Translations under genes and position numbers: made by a program | Source: Heptranchias perlo | Lineage: Eukaryota | Direction of reading: 5' to 3' | NCBI RefSeq assembly: GCF_035084215.1 | Contig: NC_090355.1 | Location: 27,094,001-27,158,000, forward strand | DNA length: 64,000 nucleotides | Shown here: positions 1 to 12,800 of the stretch, piece after piece | Layout of the letters: every line of letters starts with the position of its first letter | How positions within the stretch are numbered: the first letter of the stretch is position 1 | The notes under the pieces: model-generated | What the model saw: only the letters and a program-made list of their open reading frames with translations | Databases searched by the model: none | Told to the model about the DNA's origin: nothing

Positions 1-1600
1 TTCCTAGATTCTGGTCTAACAAAATTCAGCAGTTTTTCTTTCAACCAGCAACTTGCTACAGCAGGCATGGGAGCTAGCAGTTGAAGATCAATACAAAAGC
101 AGCTTTTGGTAATTCATTCTATTTATTCCAGAGTTGGGAACAAATTGAGTGTTAGTCCTGTTAAATCAAACTGCATAGCTAGTATTCTTGCACTCTGAGA
201 TGATATCTAATGCCATTAGGCTTACTCAAAACCAGGTACAGGTGTATTGTGAGGGAGGAAAGTTAGAAGCCGAGCATACCCCACCTACAAATTTCTTTCA
301 GTGCAGTTTAACAAGTGACGCACATGTACAGATGTGGCAGGGGAGTTTTTTGATTATATCTCGAGAAATATGGGGAACCTAGACACCCAACCAAACATTC
401 GAAAGCAATTTGATGCAGATTGTGCAGCGGTACCTCAACATACTTCGCTGTGAAATGCTGTGGCAGATGTTTGGGCCCATAGTTTCTCCCAATATCTACC
501 TAGTCTGAGCCAAAGATAAACACTTTTCCACGGGGAAGGAGAAAAAATAGAATTGAGAATCGCCTTTGGCTGTATCTCATGCCAGTGGCAGCCTATATAG
601 AAGTATTGGTAAAAGGCCTGGGGTGGAGTGGGAGTCTTAAGTACAAAGTAACCCAGAGGAAAAGGACCTGCAATTTTTTTAAATTGCTGCTGGAGAGTTC
701 TGGCTTCAATCTATCCCATAAACAAGCTGGTTAGATTGTAAAGAAATGGAGCTAATGAAAAATAAATTCCAGTTATTACTTATTATGAAAGAACGTGGCA
801 GCCATATGTTAAGCCTGACAAAGCCAAAATTACTACACCTCAAGGGAAAGACTGTCATAATTAAAAGCCCCATTAACCCTGTCCGTATAGTGGAAGGCTT
901 GTTGTCTGAGCAAAGCTGCTTCATACCCTTCATCTCATGTTGGCAGTAACAAAATTGCAGCAGCAAAGACCATGAATAATGACTTGGCGGCAATCAAAAG
1001 CTGTCATCATTGCCAAGTAATTAAGCATAGATTGAGCTATCAGCCAGTGTTGGAATGATCGGGTGAGTGGTGTGTTTTTAGATTGCTTGGTGTGGGGGGA
1101 CGGCAGCTATTATTTTTAATTCCTGGGAGGGCACATGACTGACTTGTAGTGTAAGGCTGGGGACTTCTCAATTTAAAATTGGGTATAATACAACAACAAT
1201 AACTTGCATTTTATAGCACTCCTTGCTTAACAAAAACTTCTGAGCACTTAGCAAGGAGAAGTTGTATAGCAGGATGCTTTATATCTGGGACTTTCTGGGT
1301 ATAATAGCAACTTATAAACTAGGGAAGTACAGGACAGGAAAAGGCTATGCAGTCCATCCAGCTGGTCCCAAAAGCTAATGCCTCTCAATTAGCCACTCCC
1401 TCAAATATCTGTCCAGTTGTCCCGTAAATTTTTACACGCTACTTGCCTCCACTGCAACCTTGGACAGTCTATTGTACACGTTCACCATCCGCTTGTAAAG
1501 TAGTTAAATCTAAACTGTCTGTGCAGTATCCCTCTTTTAACTTGAAGCCCGTGATGACTGGTTCTAGAGTTTATGGCAATGTTGAACATATTATTTAAAA

Positions 1601-2690
1601 TGAAAGAAAAACATTCATTTAAATAGCACCATTTACAACCTGAGGATGTCCCAAAGCGCTTTACAGCCGATGAAGTCCTTTCTTTTTTGAAGTGTAGTCA
1701 CTGTTATAATGTAGGAAATGCAACAGCCAATTTGAGCACAGCAAGGTCCCACAAACAGCAATGTAATAATGAACAGATAACCTGTTTTAGTGATGTTAGT
1801 TGAGGGATAAATATTGGCCAGGACACCGGGGAAGAACTCCCCTGCCTTTCTTCGAATAGTGCCACGGGATCTAATTGGATTTAATTGAGGTGTATAAAAT
1901 TATGAGGGCCCAAGATAGAGTGGATAGGAAGGACCTATTTCCCTTAGCGGGGTCAGTGACCAGACAGCATAGATTTAAAGTAATTGGTAGAAGGATAGAC
2001 GGGAGCTGAGGAGAATTTTTTTTTACCCAGAGGGTGGTAGGGGTCTGGAACTCACTGCCTGAAAGGGTGGTAAAGGCAGGAACCCTCAACTCATTTAAAA
2101 AGTACTTGGATGTGCACTTGAAGTGCTGTAACCTACAGGGCTACGGACCAAGTGTTGGAAAGTGGGATTAAGCTGGATAGCTCTTTTTTGGCTGGCACGA
2201 ACATGATGGGCTGAATGGCCTCCTTCTATGCCGTAACTTTCTATGACTCTATTAAATTGTTTTTTTACGTAGAGAGTTGTTATGATCGGGAATGCACTAC
2301 CTGAAAGGGTGGTGGAAGCAGATTCAATAGTAAATTTGAAAAGGGAATTGGATAAATACTTGAGGGGATAAAAATTACAAGGCTATAGGGAAAGAGCAGG
2401 GGAATGAGACTAATTGGAAAGCTCTTTCAAAGAGCCGGCACAGGCACGATGGGCCGAATGGCCTCCTCCTTTGCTGTACCTACTATGATCTTTTATGTCC
2501 AACTGAGAGGGCAAGCGGAGCCACCGTTTAACATCTCATCCGAATGACGGCACCTCCAACAGTGCAACATTCTCTTAGTACTGCACTGGAGTGTCAGCCT
2601 GGATTATGTGCTCAAGTCTCTGGATTGGGACTTGAACCCACTACCTTCTGACTCAGAGGCAAGTGTGTTACCAACTGAATCACAGCTGAC
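1601..2690 (-). mobile_element. Deu-domain tRNA-derived SINE (SacSINE1/AmnSINE-like), split by a CR1 insertion
   Basis: 3' part at 1601-1872 (cccaaagcgctttaca...gcaaggtcccacaaacagc) and 5' part at 2487-2690 (tactgcactggagtgtcagcct...cttgaaccc B-box). GATCT occurs at both junctions. Confidence 0.85.
1873..2486 (+). mobile_element. Two tandem CR1 LINE 3' fragments nested in the SINE
   Basis: ORF2 C-terminal motifs (LIEVYKIMRG, FTQRVV...WNSLP) followed by 3'UTRs ending in gggctgaatggcctcct and ctatgactctat-type tails. Confidence 0.85.
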
Positions 2691-4064
2691 GGTGTTTAAT
2701 TACCCAAGAAAGTCCTGGCATCTATTATTTATTCCCTCTGGCCAGACATATGAGGATCTTAACCATACCACCTTGTCTCTCAATTTTGCTACCCTAACCA
2801 GCATTGACAAAATAAGTATTTGTAGTTCTTTGCACTACTTGAATGCAGTTTCAATTTTAGTGGACTTTAAGTGCTACTTTGTAAAATCAGGATAAGGTGC
2901 TGCAATTAAGATCATGTTACAAAAACTTGTAGACTGTTGCTGCATTAATTTCAGTAAAGATAAAAGATATAATCAAATGTTAAAGAAAAACATGGAACTA
3001 GATCACCTCGTTGAATTTTGCTTTCATGGGTACCTGTTCTGTGTTACTGGAGTTTTGCAGGCTACAATACAACATACAAATTTTAAAAATAATTTTTTTA
3101 AAAACTAAAGCATCATTAAGAAAGCAGACATCTAATAGGAATCCATTTAGGAAAGAAGCCTTTCATATGTATGTGTATCTTTTGGAGTCTAAATATATGA
3201 AGTTAATTATTTCAAATAATCTGTTCAACTATGAAAATAATTGCCTGTCTCTGCTGATTTTCCATTCCCCATTTTTCTCTTTACTCAGACTTGAAAGGAC
3301 TCCCTTGTACAATACCCTGTCCATCTGTGTTTGCCAGTAATTGAGACGGATCGGCATCTGTTATTGTCTCAACTACTGGATGAAGTGTGAGGTTACAATA
3401 GTCACAAAAATTAACTAGGTGTTAAATTTAAGGATGTTTGCATATTAAGAAGGCAATGGGTATTTTGTTTTTAAACAGTACATGAAAATGCATTGGTTGC
3501 AATGCTGTGGGTGGAGTTCAAAAAAAAAAGTTTCTCCATTCACTTTGTGTCACTGCATCACTCTTGCAATTGGACTTAACAACTCCAAGCCAGTTTGCCT
3601 GGTATAATTAGCAACCACCGTTTGAACAAAAATATTTGAAACAAATCTACAGAAGTACAGTGATAAAGGATATAGAGGCATGGAGAAGGTGCAAAAAAGA
3701 TTTACAAGGATGATACCAGAACTGAGAGGTTATACCTGTCAGGAAAGATTGATCAGGCTGGGGCTCTTTTCTCTAGAAGAGAAGGCTGAGGGGTCACCTT
3801 TTAAAGGTCTTTAAGATTATCAAAGGATTTGATAGGGTCGATGTAGAGAAGTTTCCACTTGTGGGGGAGATCAAATTTAGGGGCCATTAATATAAAATAG
3901 TCATTAATAAATACAATGAGGAATTCAGGAGAAACGTCTTTACCCAAAGAGTGGTTAGAATGTTGAACATGGAGTAGTTGAGGCGAATAGCATAGATGCA
4001 ATTAAGGGGAAGCTAGATAAACACATGCAGGAGAAAGGAATCAAAGGATATACTGATAGGTTTA

Positions 4065-4270
4065 GATGTGGAGATGCCGGTGATGGACTGGGGTGGACAA
4101 ATGTAAGGAATCTCACAACACCAGGTTATAGTCCAACAGTTTTATTTGAAAATCACAAGCTTTCGGAGGCTTTCTCCTTCGTCACCTGACGAAGGAGAAA
4201 GCCTCCGAAAGCTTGTGATTTTCAAATAAAACTGTTGGACTATAACCTGGTGTTGTAAGATTCCTTACAT
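4065..4270. mobile_element. Penelope-like element (PLE) terminal-repeat palindrome, copy 1
   Basis: 84-nt inverted arms at 4101-4184 and 4187-4270 (1 mismatch) plus an unpaired ~36-nt tail at 4065-4100. Flanked by a 13-bp near-TSD, ataggtttagatg (4056-4068) / atagggttagatg (4269-4281). Confidence 0.85.
4182..4218 (+). ncRNA. Minimal type I hammerhead ribozyme motif (PLE type)
   Basis: tcac-CTGACGA-a-GGAG(aaagc)CTCC-GAAA-gc-TT-gtga: helix I tcac/gtga, helix II GGAG/CTCC, and a palindromic AGCT helix III typical of dimeric minimal hammerheads. Confidence 0.7.
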
Positions 4271-4660
4271 AGGGTTAGATGAAGAGGGATGGGAGGAGGC
4301 TTGTGTGAAGCATAAACCAGTTGGACCGAATGGCCTGTTCCTGCGTCGTTCTATGTAAAAGCGTTCATTGTAATGCTCTGTAAATTTTCAATTTTAAAGA
4401 GGAAGCTGGTGTTGAAACCCGCTGTTTTGCGCATTCTCAGACGAGCACCCCTTAATGCTGCAGTGTGACATTCACAGCATCAACTACCCTTGTGACCTCT
4501 CAGCTGGGAGCTGATTGCAAATTCTGAGCACTTTTTTTTGTTGTGGATTGAGTTTTTTTTTGTTATGGATTTGCCCCTGCTGGGTACTGGGTAAATTCTC
4601 CAAACTCGCATTTTGTAGGACCCTTGCATCCTGCAGAGAGAAATTGGATTAGAATCCAAT

Positions 4661-5271
4661 GGGGGAAATTTTAACCCCCAAGAATGGGTGGGTTGGGGGC
4701 GGGTGGGAAGTTAAAATAATAGAATTTTGCAGCATGACTGCAATCGAGCTCCAACGTGCTCACTTCTGGGTTTAACAGAGGTGCGTTTGGCTGCATGCGA
4801 GTAACCTACTCGCCAGAGGCGGGTCGATAATTAGTGCAGGCGAGTACTCAATTTTAAATTGAATTTAATAGGCATTAGAATTAACGCCACCAGTACGGAT
4901 TTCCCAGGGCACCGGAAATTTGGCAGGTTAAAGGAGACAAGAAGGGCCGGATCCATGAGATAAAAGCCTTTATTGCACTGCTTACGGGCCTGGAGGAGCA
5001 GGAGTGTTTCCCCGTGGCTCACCAAGCTTATCTTTTAAACACCCCGCGATCGGCCGACCCCCCCCCATCCAGACCCTGAAGACCCTTACAGATAACCAGA
5101 CTGTCAATCTGTCGGGCGCGAAACCCGTTGAAAAAATGTTAAGGATGTTCTACCGTCAAAATCGTCACGATGTGTGGAAACCCTTACTTACAGGTTTCCA
5201 GTCCGAAAATTCCGCCCTCCCCTTCCCCCCCCACCAACTCTCTTCCTGGCTCCGAGTTAATATCCAGCCCC
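4661..5271. mobile_element. Non-autonomous DNA transposon (MITE-like) with imperfect GGG-starting TIRs
   Basis: Left end gggggaaattttaac, right end gttaatatccagcccc; G-rich and C-rich subterminal tracts; GC/CpG-rich relative to flanks. Shares ggagcaggagtg core with 23795-24345. Confidence 0.55.
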
Positions 5272-5500
5272 AGGTGTCAGAGCTGAAATGACAGTGTGCT
5301 AATTCAGGGAGTCAGCAGTCCTCTGTTTTCTAGTGTATGAACTATTCAGGGTTCACACAAAAGTGTGCAACATTCCCGTGTTTGTATTGAAGGAATAATC
5401 ATTGAATAATAAGCTCCTTGAAAAAATTGGTTTAGTTTGTAAAATGAGATTTTAGTGGAATATAATATTTTATTTCTAGGCGTTTTTTCCAGTTTACCCT

Positions 5501-5910
5501 TTTCTCTTTCCTCCCCTCTTGAAAGTGCTGACTCATGTCCAAATGTGCCAGTTCCCTGAGCAGGCAGCCCCCCACCTCCTCCCCCAACTCATTCAAGTGG
5601 CCACTCTTCATATGTGAGCCTTGAAAGTAAGTGCTGAAAGTCTATTTGACCATGGGGACATGACAGAAAGCCAATTGTGCCTAGAATCCACACAGGCACT
5701 TTCCAGTAGGGACTACTAGATAGCAATCAGGAGCAAAATCCTTCATGATTTGTTTGTTTTTCCCACCCCCACCTCCAGCCCAGGAATAGCGAGATCAATT
5801 GTAATTCCCACATCACTGCCCTGATTGATACCATCTTACAGAGCCAGTGATTGAACCTGGAACCTTCCTGTTCTGTATGACTTTGTACCACACCATGCAC
5901 TGAGCTGTTA
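5501..5910 (-). mobile_element. Unclassified tRNA-headed SINE (family X)
   Basis: Shared motifs caagtggcca.tcttca..tgtgagcc, cactttccag.aggg, gattgaacctgg; many copies in the window. Confidence 0.7.
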
Positions 5911-6591
5911 GGATCCTTATTTCTGTTTATGTCTAATGATTCCCAGCATCTGTTTTTCAAAACCAACCTGGAGTTTGACAAGAGTCAGTTACTAAGTATG
6001 ATGAAAATCCGGTCACTGTTACTACTTCTTACTTTACCTTGGTGTCTTACCAGGTGAACATCTGATGGTTCCCAACACGCTCTTTTTAAAAAGGAGCCCT
6101 GTCTCTAATGAAGTTCGACATCGATTTTTGAGGTGTCAATCCAGTGTTCACTGATGGATAGCTCCCTCTGCTTCTTGTGCTGTAAGGTGATTGATTTCAA
6201 AGCTTTTAATCTTTTTGACTTTCATTTTCCCGTGTTGAAATCTTCCATCATTGCTCAAAGGGTTAATACAGCTCTAAATTATATCTGTTTGCATGTTCTG
6301 CCATGAGAAGCCTTTAAAGATTTTTTTTTGGTAAGGCTGACAATCACTCGCTTATAAGACATTCAATTATCTACATTACTGCCTGAAACTTAGTGCTAAT
6401 TTAAAAACAAAATTCTAATAGTCACATCGCAGGCATTGAGCCTTCCAACAATTTTAAATCAAATGATGGGAACTGAGAACTGCACAGGCCCACAATTTTT
6501 ATTCATTTCAGGAGTGCTCATTAAAATCAAATACTGCAAAACTTCCCAATAAAATTCTGTTTTAGTTTTGAAGTTACAACATTATAAATGA

Positions 6592-6742
6592 TCCTGCTGG
6601 CTGTAAAGGTCCTTTGTGACACTAGCTTGGGCAGTCTTAACCCAGTTCCTACTTGGCACGAGTCCACAGCACAAAACTGCGTAATTAGCAACTAATTGGC
6701 ACTAAATCGGCAGCCTCACCCAGGGATGCTGGTTTGAGGCGT
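6592..6742 (+). mobile_element. LF-SINE-like SINE core fragment
   Basis: ggctgtaaaggtcctttgtga...ccagttcctacttggcacgagtccacagcacaaaac...ctaattggcac resembles the LF-SINE core as I recall it. Confidence 0.55.
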
Positions 6743-7569
6743 GAAAGTATCATACTGGTAGAGTAGATGCCATGATAAGATTCAGGATTACAGTAAATTG
6801 TTCAACAAGAGCATCTTCATCTAACCTATGCAGTATCCTGACGTCGACATGCTTAATGCTGGGTGCAACACTTGCGGGGTGGGGGGGGGGGGGGGACAAA
6901 ATATTCCACTACCTAGTACCAATGTCCTTCAAAAAAAATTCCCACCTCCCCCAGCCCCTATCTGGGTGGAAAACTGCATCCAGCTATCCATCATAAGAGA
7001 AGCTTCAATCAAGAATGAATTTGGGCTCAGTATAGATTTCATAGTTCAGTGGAATATATGCAATATCTGTAATTCTAATGGAAGCAAATTCCTGGCAATG
7101 TGCAGATGTCTTCAAGTTATTTCTGATTAGCTTTCTTATCTAGTCATTATTGGCACAGCCAATAATGTTTGATACATCTGGTTATGTGAAATTTTCTTTT
7201 TGTCTAACCTGATAGATTGCATAGAATAGGATTGCACTGTATATGTTCACTTCAATTAATATTGGATTGTACATACAATAGCGAGCTTGGAATTCTTCCA
7301 CAGTTACAGATTTGTAACCTTTCAGTCAGTCACATGATCAGGAAATTGCACTTAGCTACATCGCAAGATTACAGCAATAGGACAACAACTTCAAGCAAGT
7401 GATTTTTTAAAAAGTTTTTTTTAATCCTCTGTTGAAGGTCACTGCACTCTGGGGCCTCTCCTAAGTAGCCATTCTTCATTGATAAGTTTACACGGGTGAA
7501 TGTTGCTTGACAAATTCAACTGTGATAGGGCATCAGTACCAAGAATTGATTCTGCACTTACACATCCAA

Positions 7570-9460
7570 CATATAGACAGAGCTAAGCGACTCCACAACC
7601 AACGGATCAGATCAAAGCTCTGCAGTCCTGCCACATCCAGTCGTGAATGGTGGTGGACAATTAAACAACTAACGGGAGGAGGAGGCTCTGCAAACATCCC
7701 CATTCTCAATGATGGCGGAGTCCAGCACGTGAGTGCAAAAGACAAGGCTGAAGCGTTTGCAACCATCTTCAGCCAGAAGTGCCGAGTGGATAATCCATCT
7801 CAGCATCCTCCCGATATCCCCACCATCACGGAAGCCAGTCTTCGGCCAATTCGATTCACTCCACGTGATATCAAGAAACGGCTGAGTGCACTGGATACAG
7901 CAAAGGCTATGGGCCCCGACAACATCCCAGCTGTCGTGCTGAAGACTTGTGCTCCAGAACTAGCTGCGCCTCTAGCCAAGCTGTTCCAGTACAGCTACAA
8001 CACTGGCATCCACCCGACAATGTGGAAAATTGCCCAGGTATGTCCTGTCCACAAAAAGCAGGACAAATCCAATCCGGCCAATTACCGCCCCATCAGTCTA
8101 CTCTCAATCATCAGCAAAGTGATGGAAGGTGTCGTCGACAGTGCTATCAAGCGGCACTTACTCACCAATAACCTGCTCACCGATGCTCAGTTTGGGTTCC
8201 GCCAGGACCACTCGGCTCCAGACCTCATTACAGCCTTGGTCCAAACATGGACAAAAGAGCTGAATTCCAGAGGTGAGGTGAGAGTGACTGCCCTTGACAT
8301 CAAGGCAGCATTTGACCGAGTGTGGCACCAAGGAGACCTCGTAAAATTGAAGTCAATGGGAATCAGGGGGAAAACTCTCCAGTGGCTGGAGTCATACCTA
8401 GCACAAAGGAAGATGGTAGTGGTTGTTGGAGGCCAAGCATCTCAGCCCCAGGGCATTGCTGCAGGAGTTCCTCAGGGCAGTGTCCTAGGCCCAACCATCT
8501 TCAGCTGCTTCATCAATGACCTTCCCTCCATCATAAGGTCAGAAATGGGGATGTTCGCTGATGACTGCACAGTGTTCAGTTCCATTCGCAACCCCTCAGA
8601 TAATGAAGCAGTCCGAGCCCGCATGCAGCAAGACCTGGACAACATCCAGGCTTGGGCTCATAAGTGGCAAGTAACATTCGCGCCAGATAAGTGCCAGGCA
8701 ATGACCATCTCCAACAAGAGAGAGTCTAACCACCTCCCCTTGACATTCAACGGCATTACCATCGCCGAATCCCCCACCATCAACATCCTGGGGGTCACCA
8801 TTGACCAGAAACTTAAGTGGACTAGCCATATAAATACTGTGGCTACGAGAGCAGGTCAGAGGCTGGGTATTCTGCGGCGAGTGACTCACCTCCTGACTCC
8901 CCAAAGCCTTTCCACCATCTACAAGGCACAAGTCAGGAGTGTGATGGAATACTCTCCACTTGCCTGGATGAGTGCAGCTCCAACAACACTCAAGAAGCTC
9001 GACACCATCCAAGATAAAGCAGCTCGCTTGATTGGCACCCCATCCACCACCCTAAACATTCACTCCCTTCACCACCGGCGCACTGTGGCTGCAGTGTGCA
9101 CCATCCACAGGATGCACTGCAGCAACTCGCCAAGGCTTCTTCGACAGCACCTCCCAAACCCGCGACCTCTACCACCTAGAAGGACAAGGGCAGCAGGCGC
9201 ATGGGAACAACACCACCTGCACGTTCCCCTCCAAGTCACACACCATCCCGACTTGGAAATATATCGCCGTTCCTTCATTGTCGCTGGGTCAAAATCCTGG
9301 AACTCCCTTCCTAACAGCACTGTGGGCGAACCGTCACCACACGGACTGCAGCGGTTCAAGAAGGCTGCTCACCACCACCTTCTCGAGGGCAATTAGGGAT
9401 GGGCAATAAATGCCAGCCTTGCCAGCGACGCCCACATCCCGTGAACGAATAAAAAAAATT
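7570..9460 (+). mobile_element. 5'-truncated CR1/L2-group LINE with uninterrupted ORF2 RT and C-terminus (ORF 7507-9396)
   Basis: GPDNIP, NYRPISLLS, QFGFR, LDIKAAFD, GVPQGSVLGP, FADD and WNSLP motifs in one frame; 3'UTR stem-loop and A-tail. Inserted in a family X SINE (7430-7560 / 9468-9525). Confidence 0.93.
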
Positions 9461-9830
9461 TAAAAAATTCCAGCAGGAGTCACTGGATAGTGATCACGAA
9501 GTGATATCTTGGCTGATTTTTTTTTGTTGCAATTTTTCATTTTCTGCATTGTTAAATCATTTTTCTCCAAGTTCTTAATTTCACTTTTGCTTTTAATTCA
9601 GAAGATCGTTCCTGTTAGTCCCAATGAAATGTAGAAAGAAAGTTTCTATACTTGGCACTGACAATGCAGCAGAGTAAATTAACTTAGTACTTGCACAAAT
9701 ATTGCTGGAGAAGAAGGTTTTTTTTACTTCAAACAACCATCAGTACCAGATACCTAAACCAACAGGCAGGAAAACTGGTTTAATATGCTAAATTGAAGTT
9801 GTTTTCCCCAAAAATTAAACAATTTGCCAG

Positions 9831-12800
9831 TCATAGAATCATACAATGGTTACAGCATGGAAGGAGGCCATTTGGCCCATTGAGTCCACGCCGGCTCTCT
9901 GCAAGAGCAATCCAGCTAGTCCCACTCCCCCGCCTTATTCCTGTAGCCCTGCAATTTTTTTCCCTTCAAGTACTTATCCAATTCCCTTTTGAAAGTCACG
10001 ATTGAATCTGCCTCCACCACTCCCTCGGGCAGTGCATTCCAGATCCTAACCACTCGCTGTGTAAAAATATTTTTCCTCATGTCACCTTTGGTTCTTTTGC
10101 TAATCACCTTAAATCTATGTCCTCTGGTTCTTGACCCTTCCGCCATTAGAATCATAGAAGTTTACAACATGGAAACAGGCCCTTCGGCCCAACATGTCCA
10201 TGTCGCCCAGTTTATACCACTAAGCTAGTCCCAATTGCCTGCACTTGGCCCATATCCCTCTATACCCATCTCACCCATGTAACTGTCCAAATGCTTTTTA
10301 AAAGACAAAATTGTACCCGCCTCTACTACTGCCTCTGGCAGCTCGTTCCAGACACTCACCACCCTTTGAGTGAAAAAATTGCCCCTCTGGACCCTTTTGT
10401 ATCTCTCCCCTCTCACCTTAAATCTATGTCCCCTCGTTATAGACTCCCCTACCTTTGGGAAAAGATTTTGACTATCTACCTTATCTATGCCCCTCATTAT
10501 TTTATAGACTTCTATAAGATCACCCCTTAACCTCCTACTCTCCAGGGAAAAAAGTCTCAGTCTATCCAACCTCTCCCTATAAGTCAAACCATCAAGTCCC
10601 GGTAGCATCCTAGTAAATCTTTTCTGCACTCTTTCTAGTTTAATAATATCCTTTCTATAATAGGGTGACCAGAACTGTACACAGTATTCCAAGTGTGGCC
10701 TTACTAATGTCTTGTACAACTTCAACAAGACATCCCAACTCCTGTATTCAATGTTCTGACCAATGAAACCAAGCATGCTGAAAGCCTTCTTCACCACCCT
10801 ATCCACCTGTGACTCCACTTTCAAGGAGCTATGAACCTGTACTCCTGGATATCTTTGTTCTATAACTCTCCCCAACGCCCTACCATTAACGGAGTAGGTC
10901 CTGGCCCGATTCGATCTACCAAAATGCATCACCTCACATTTATCTAAATTAAACTCCATCTGCCATTCATCGGCCCACTGGCCCAATTTATCAAGATCCC
11001 GTTGCAATCCTGGATAACCTTCTTCACTGTCCACAATGCCACCAATCTTGGTGTCATCTGCAAACTTACTAACCATGCCTCCTAAATTCTCATCCAAATC
11101 ATTAATATAAATAACAAATAACAGCGGACCCAGCACCGATCCCTGAGGCACACTGCTGGTCACAGGCCTCCAGTTTGAAAAACAACCCTCTACAACCACC
11201 CTCTGTCTTCTGTCGTCAATCCAATTTTGTATCCAATTGGCTACCTCAACTTGGATCCCGTGAGATTTAACCTTATGTAACAACCTACCATGCGGTACCT
11301 TGTCAAAGGCTTTGCTAAAGTCCATGTAGACCACGTCTACTGCACAGCCCTCATCTATCTTCTTGGTTACCCCTTCAAAAAACTCAATCAAATTTGTGAG
11401 ACATGATTTTCGTCTCACAAAACCATGCTGACTGTTCCTAATCATTCTACTCTGTCTAGACCCTTCATTATTTTGAATACCTCTATCAAATCTCCTCTCA
11501 AACTTCTCCGCTTTAAGAACAACCCCAGCTTCTCCAGTCTATCCACATAACTAAAGTCCCTCATCCCTGGAATCATTCTAGTAAATCTCTTCTGCACCCT
11601 CTCTAAGACCTACACATCATTCCTATAGTGTGGTGCCCAGAACTGGACACAATACTCCAGTTGTGGCTGAACCAGTGTTTTATGAAGGTTCATCATAAGC
11701 TCCTTGCTTTTATACTCTGCCTCTATTTATAAAGCCCAGGATCCTGTGCTTTCTTAACCGCTTTCTCAACTTGCCCTGCAACCTTCAACGATTTGTGCAC
11801 ATATACCCCCAGATCTCTCTGTTCCTGCACCCCTTTAGTTCATATTGCCTCTCCTCGTTCCTACCAAAATGTATCACTTCACACTTTTCTGTATTAAATT
11901 TCATCTGCCACGTGTCTGCCCATTCCACCAGCCTGTCTATCCTCCTCACTGTTCACTACCCTTCCATGTTTTGTCTTCTGCATATTTTGAAATTGTGTCC
12001 TGTACACCCAAATCCAAGTCATTAATATATATCAAGAAAAGCAATGGTCCCAGTACCGACCCCTGGAGAACACCACTATACACCTCCCTCCTGTCCAAAA
12101 AACAACCGTTCACCACCACTCTGTTTCCTGTTACTTAGCCTATTTCATATCCATGCTGCCACTGCCCTTTTTTATTCCATGGGCTTCAACTTTGATGATA
12201 AGCCTATAATGCAGCACTTTATCAAACGCCTTTTGGAAGTCCATATAGACCATCAACCGCTTTACCCTCATCAACCCTCCCTGTTACCTCATCAAAAAAC
12301 TCAATCAAGTTAGTTAAACACGAATTGCCTTTAACAAATCCGTGCTGGCTTTCCTTAATTAATCCACACTCATCCAAGTCACTGTTAATTTTGACCCAGA
12401 TTATCGTTTCTAAAAGTTTCCCCACTACCGAAGTTAAACTGACTGGCCTATAGTTGCTGGGTTTATCCTTGCACCCTTTTTTGAACGAGGGTGTAATATT
12501 TGCAATTCTCCAATCCTCTGGCACCACCCCCATATCTAAGGATGATTGGAATATTATGGCCAGTACCTCTACAATTTCCACCCTTATTTCTCTCAGCAAC
12601 CTAGGATGTATCCCATCTGGACCGGGTGACTTATCTACTTTAAGTACAGCTAGCCTTTCAAGTACCTCTTCTTTCTCAATTTTTAGCCCATCCAGTATCT
12701 CAACTACCTCTTCATTTACTGTGACTTTGGCAGCATCTTCTTCCTCGGTAAAGACAGATGCAAAGTATTCAATTAGTACCTCAGCCATGCCCTCTACCTC

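Larger units (their letters stand above)
3655..4357 (+). mobile_element. CR1 LINE 3' fragment interrupted by a Penelope-derived palindrome
   Basis: EKVQKRFTRMIPEL... coding remnant and 3'UTR ggaccgaatggcctgtt; a related 3' end lies at 17560-17790. Confidence 0.85.

Noticed and set aside
4101-4270. Palindrome as a pre-miRNA or Tc1/mariner MITE
   Set aside because: The asymmetric tail, 12-13-bp TSD and hammerhead core fit a Penelope pLTR inversion better; no TA TSD and no expression evidence.
7507-9396. 629-aa ORF as a host gene
   Set aside because: It is a LINE ORF2 fragment; the first ~20 codons come from flanking SINE sequence, the start is TTG, and there is no endonuclease domain.
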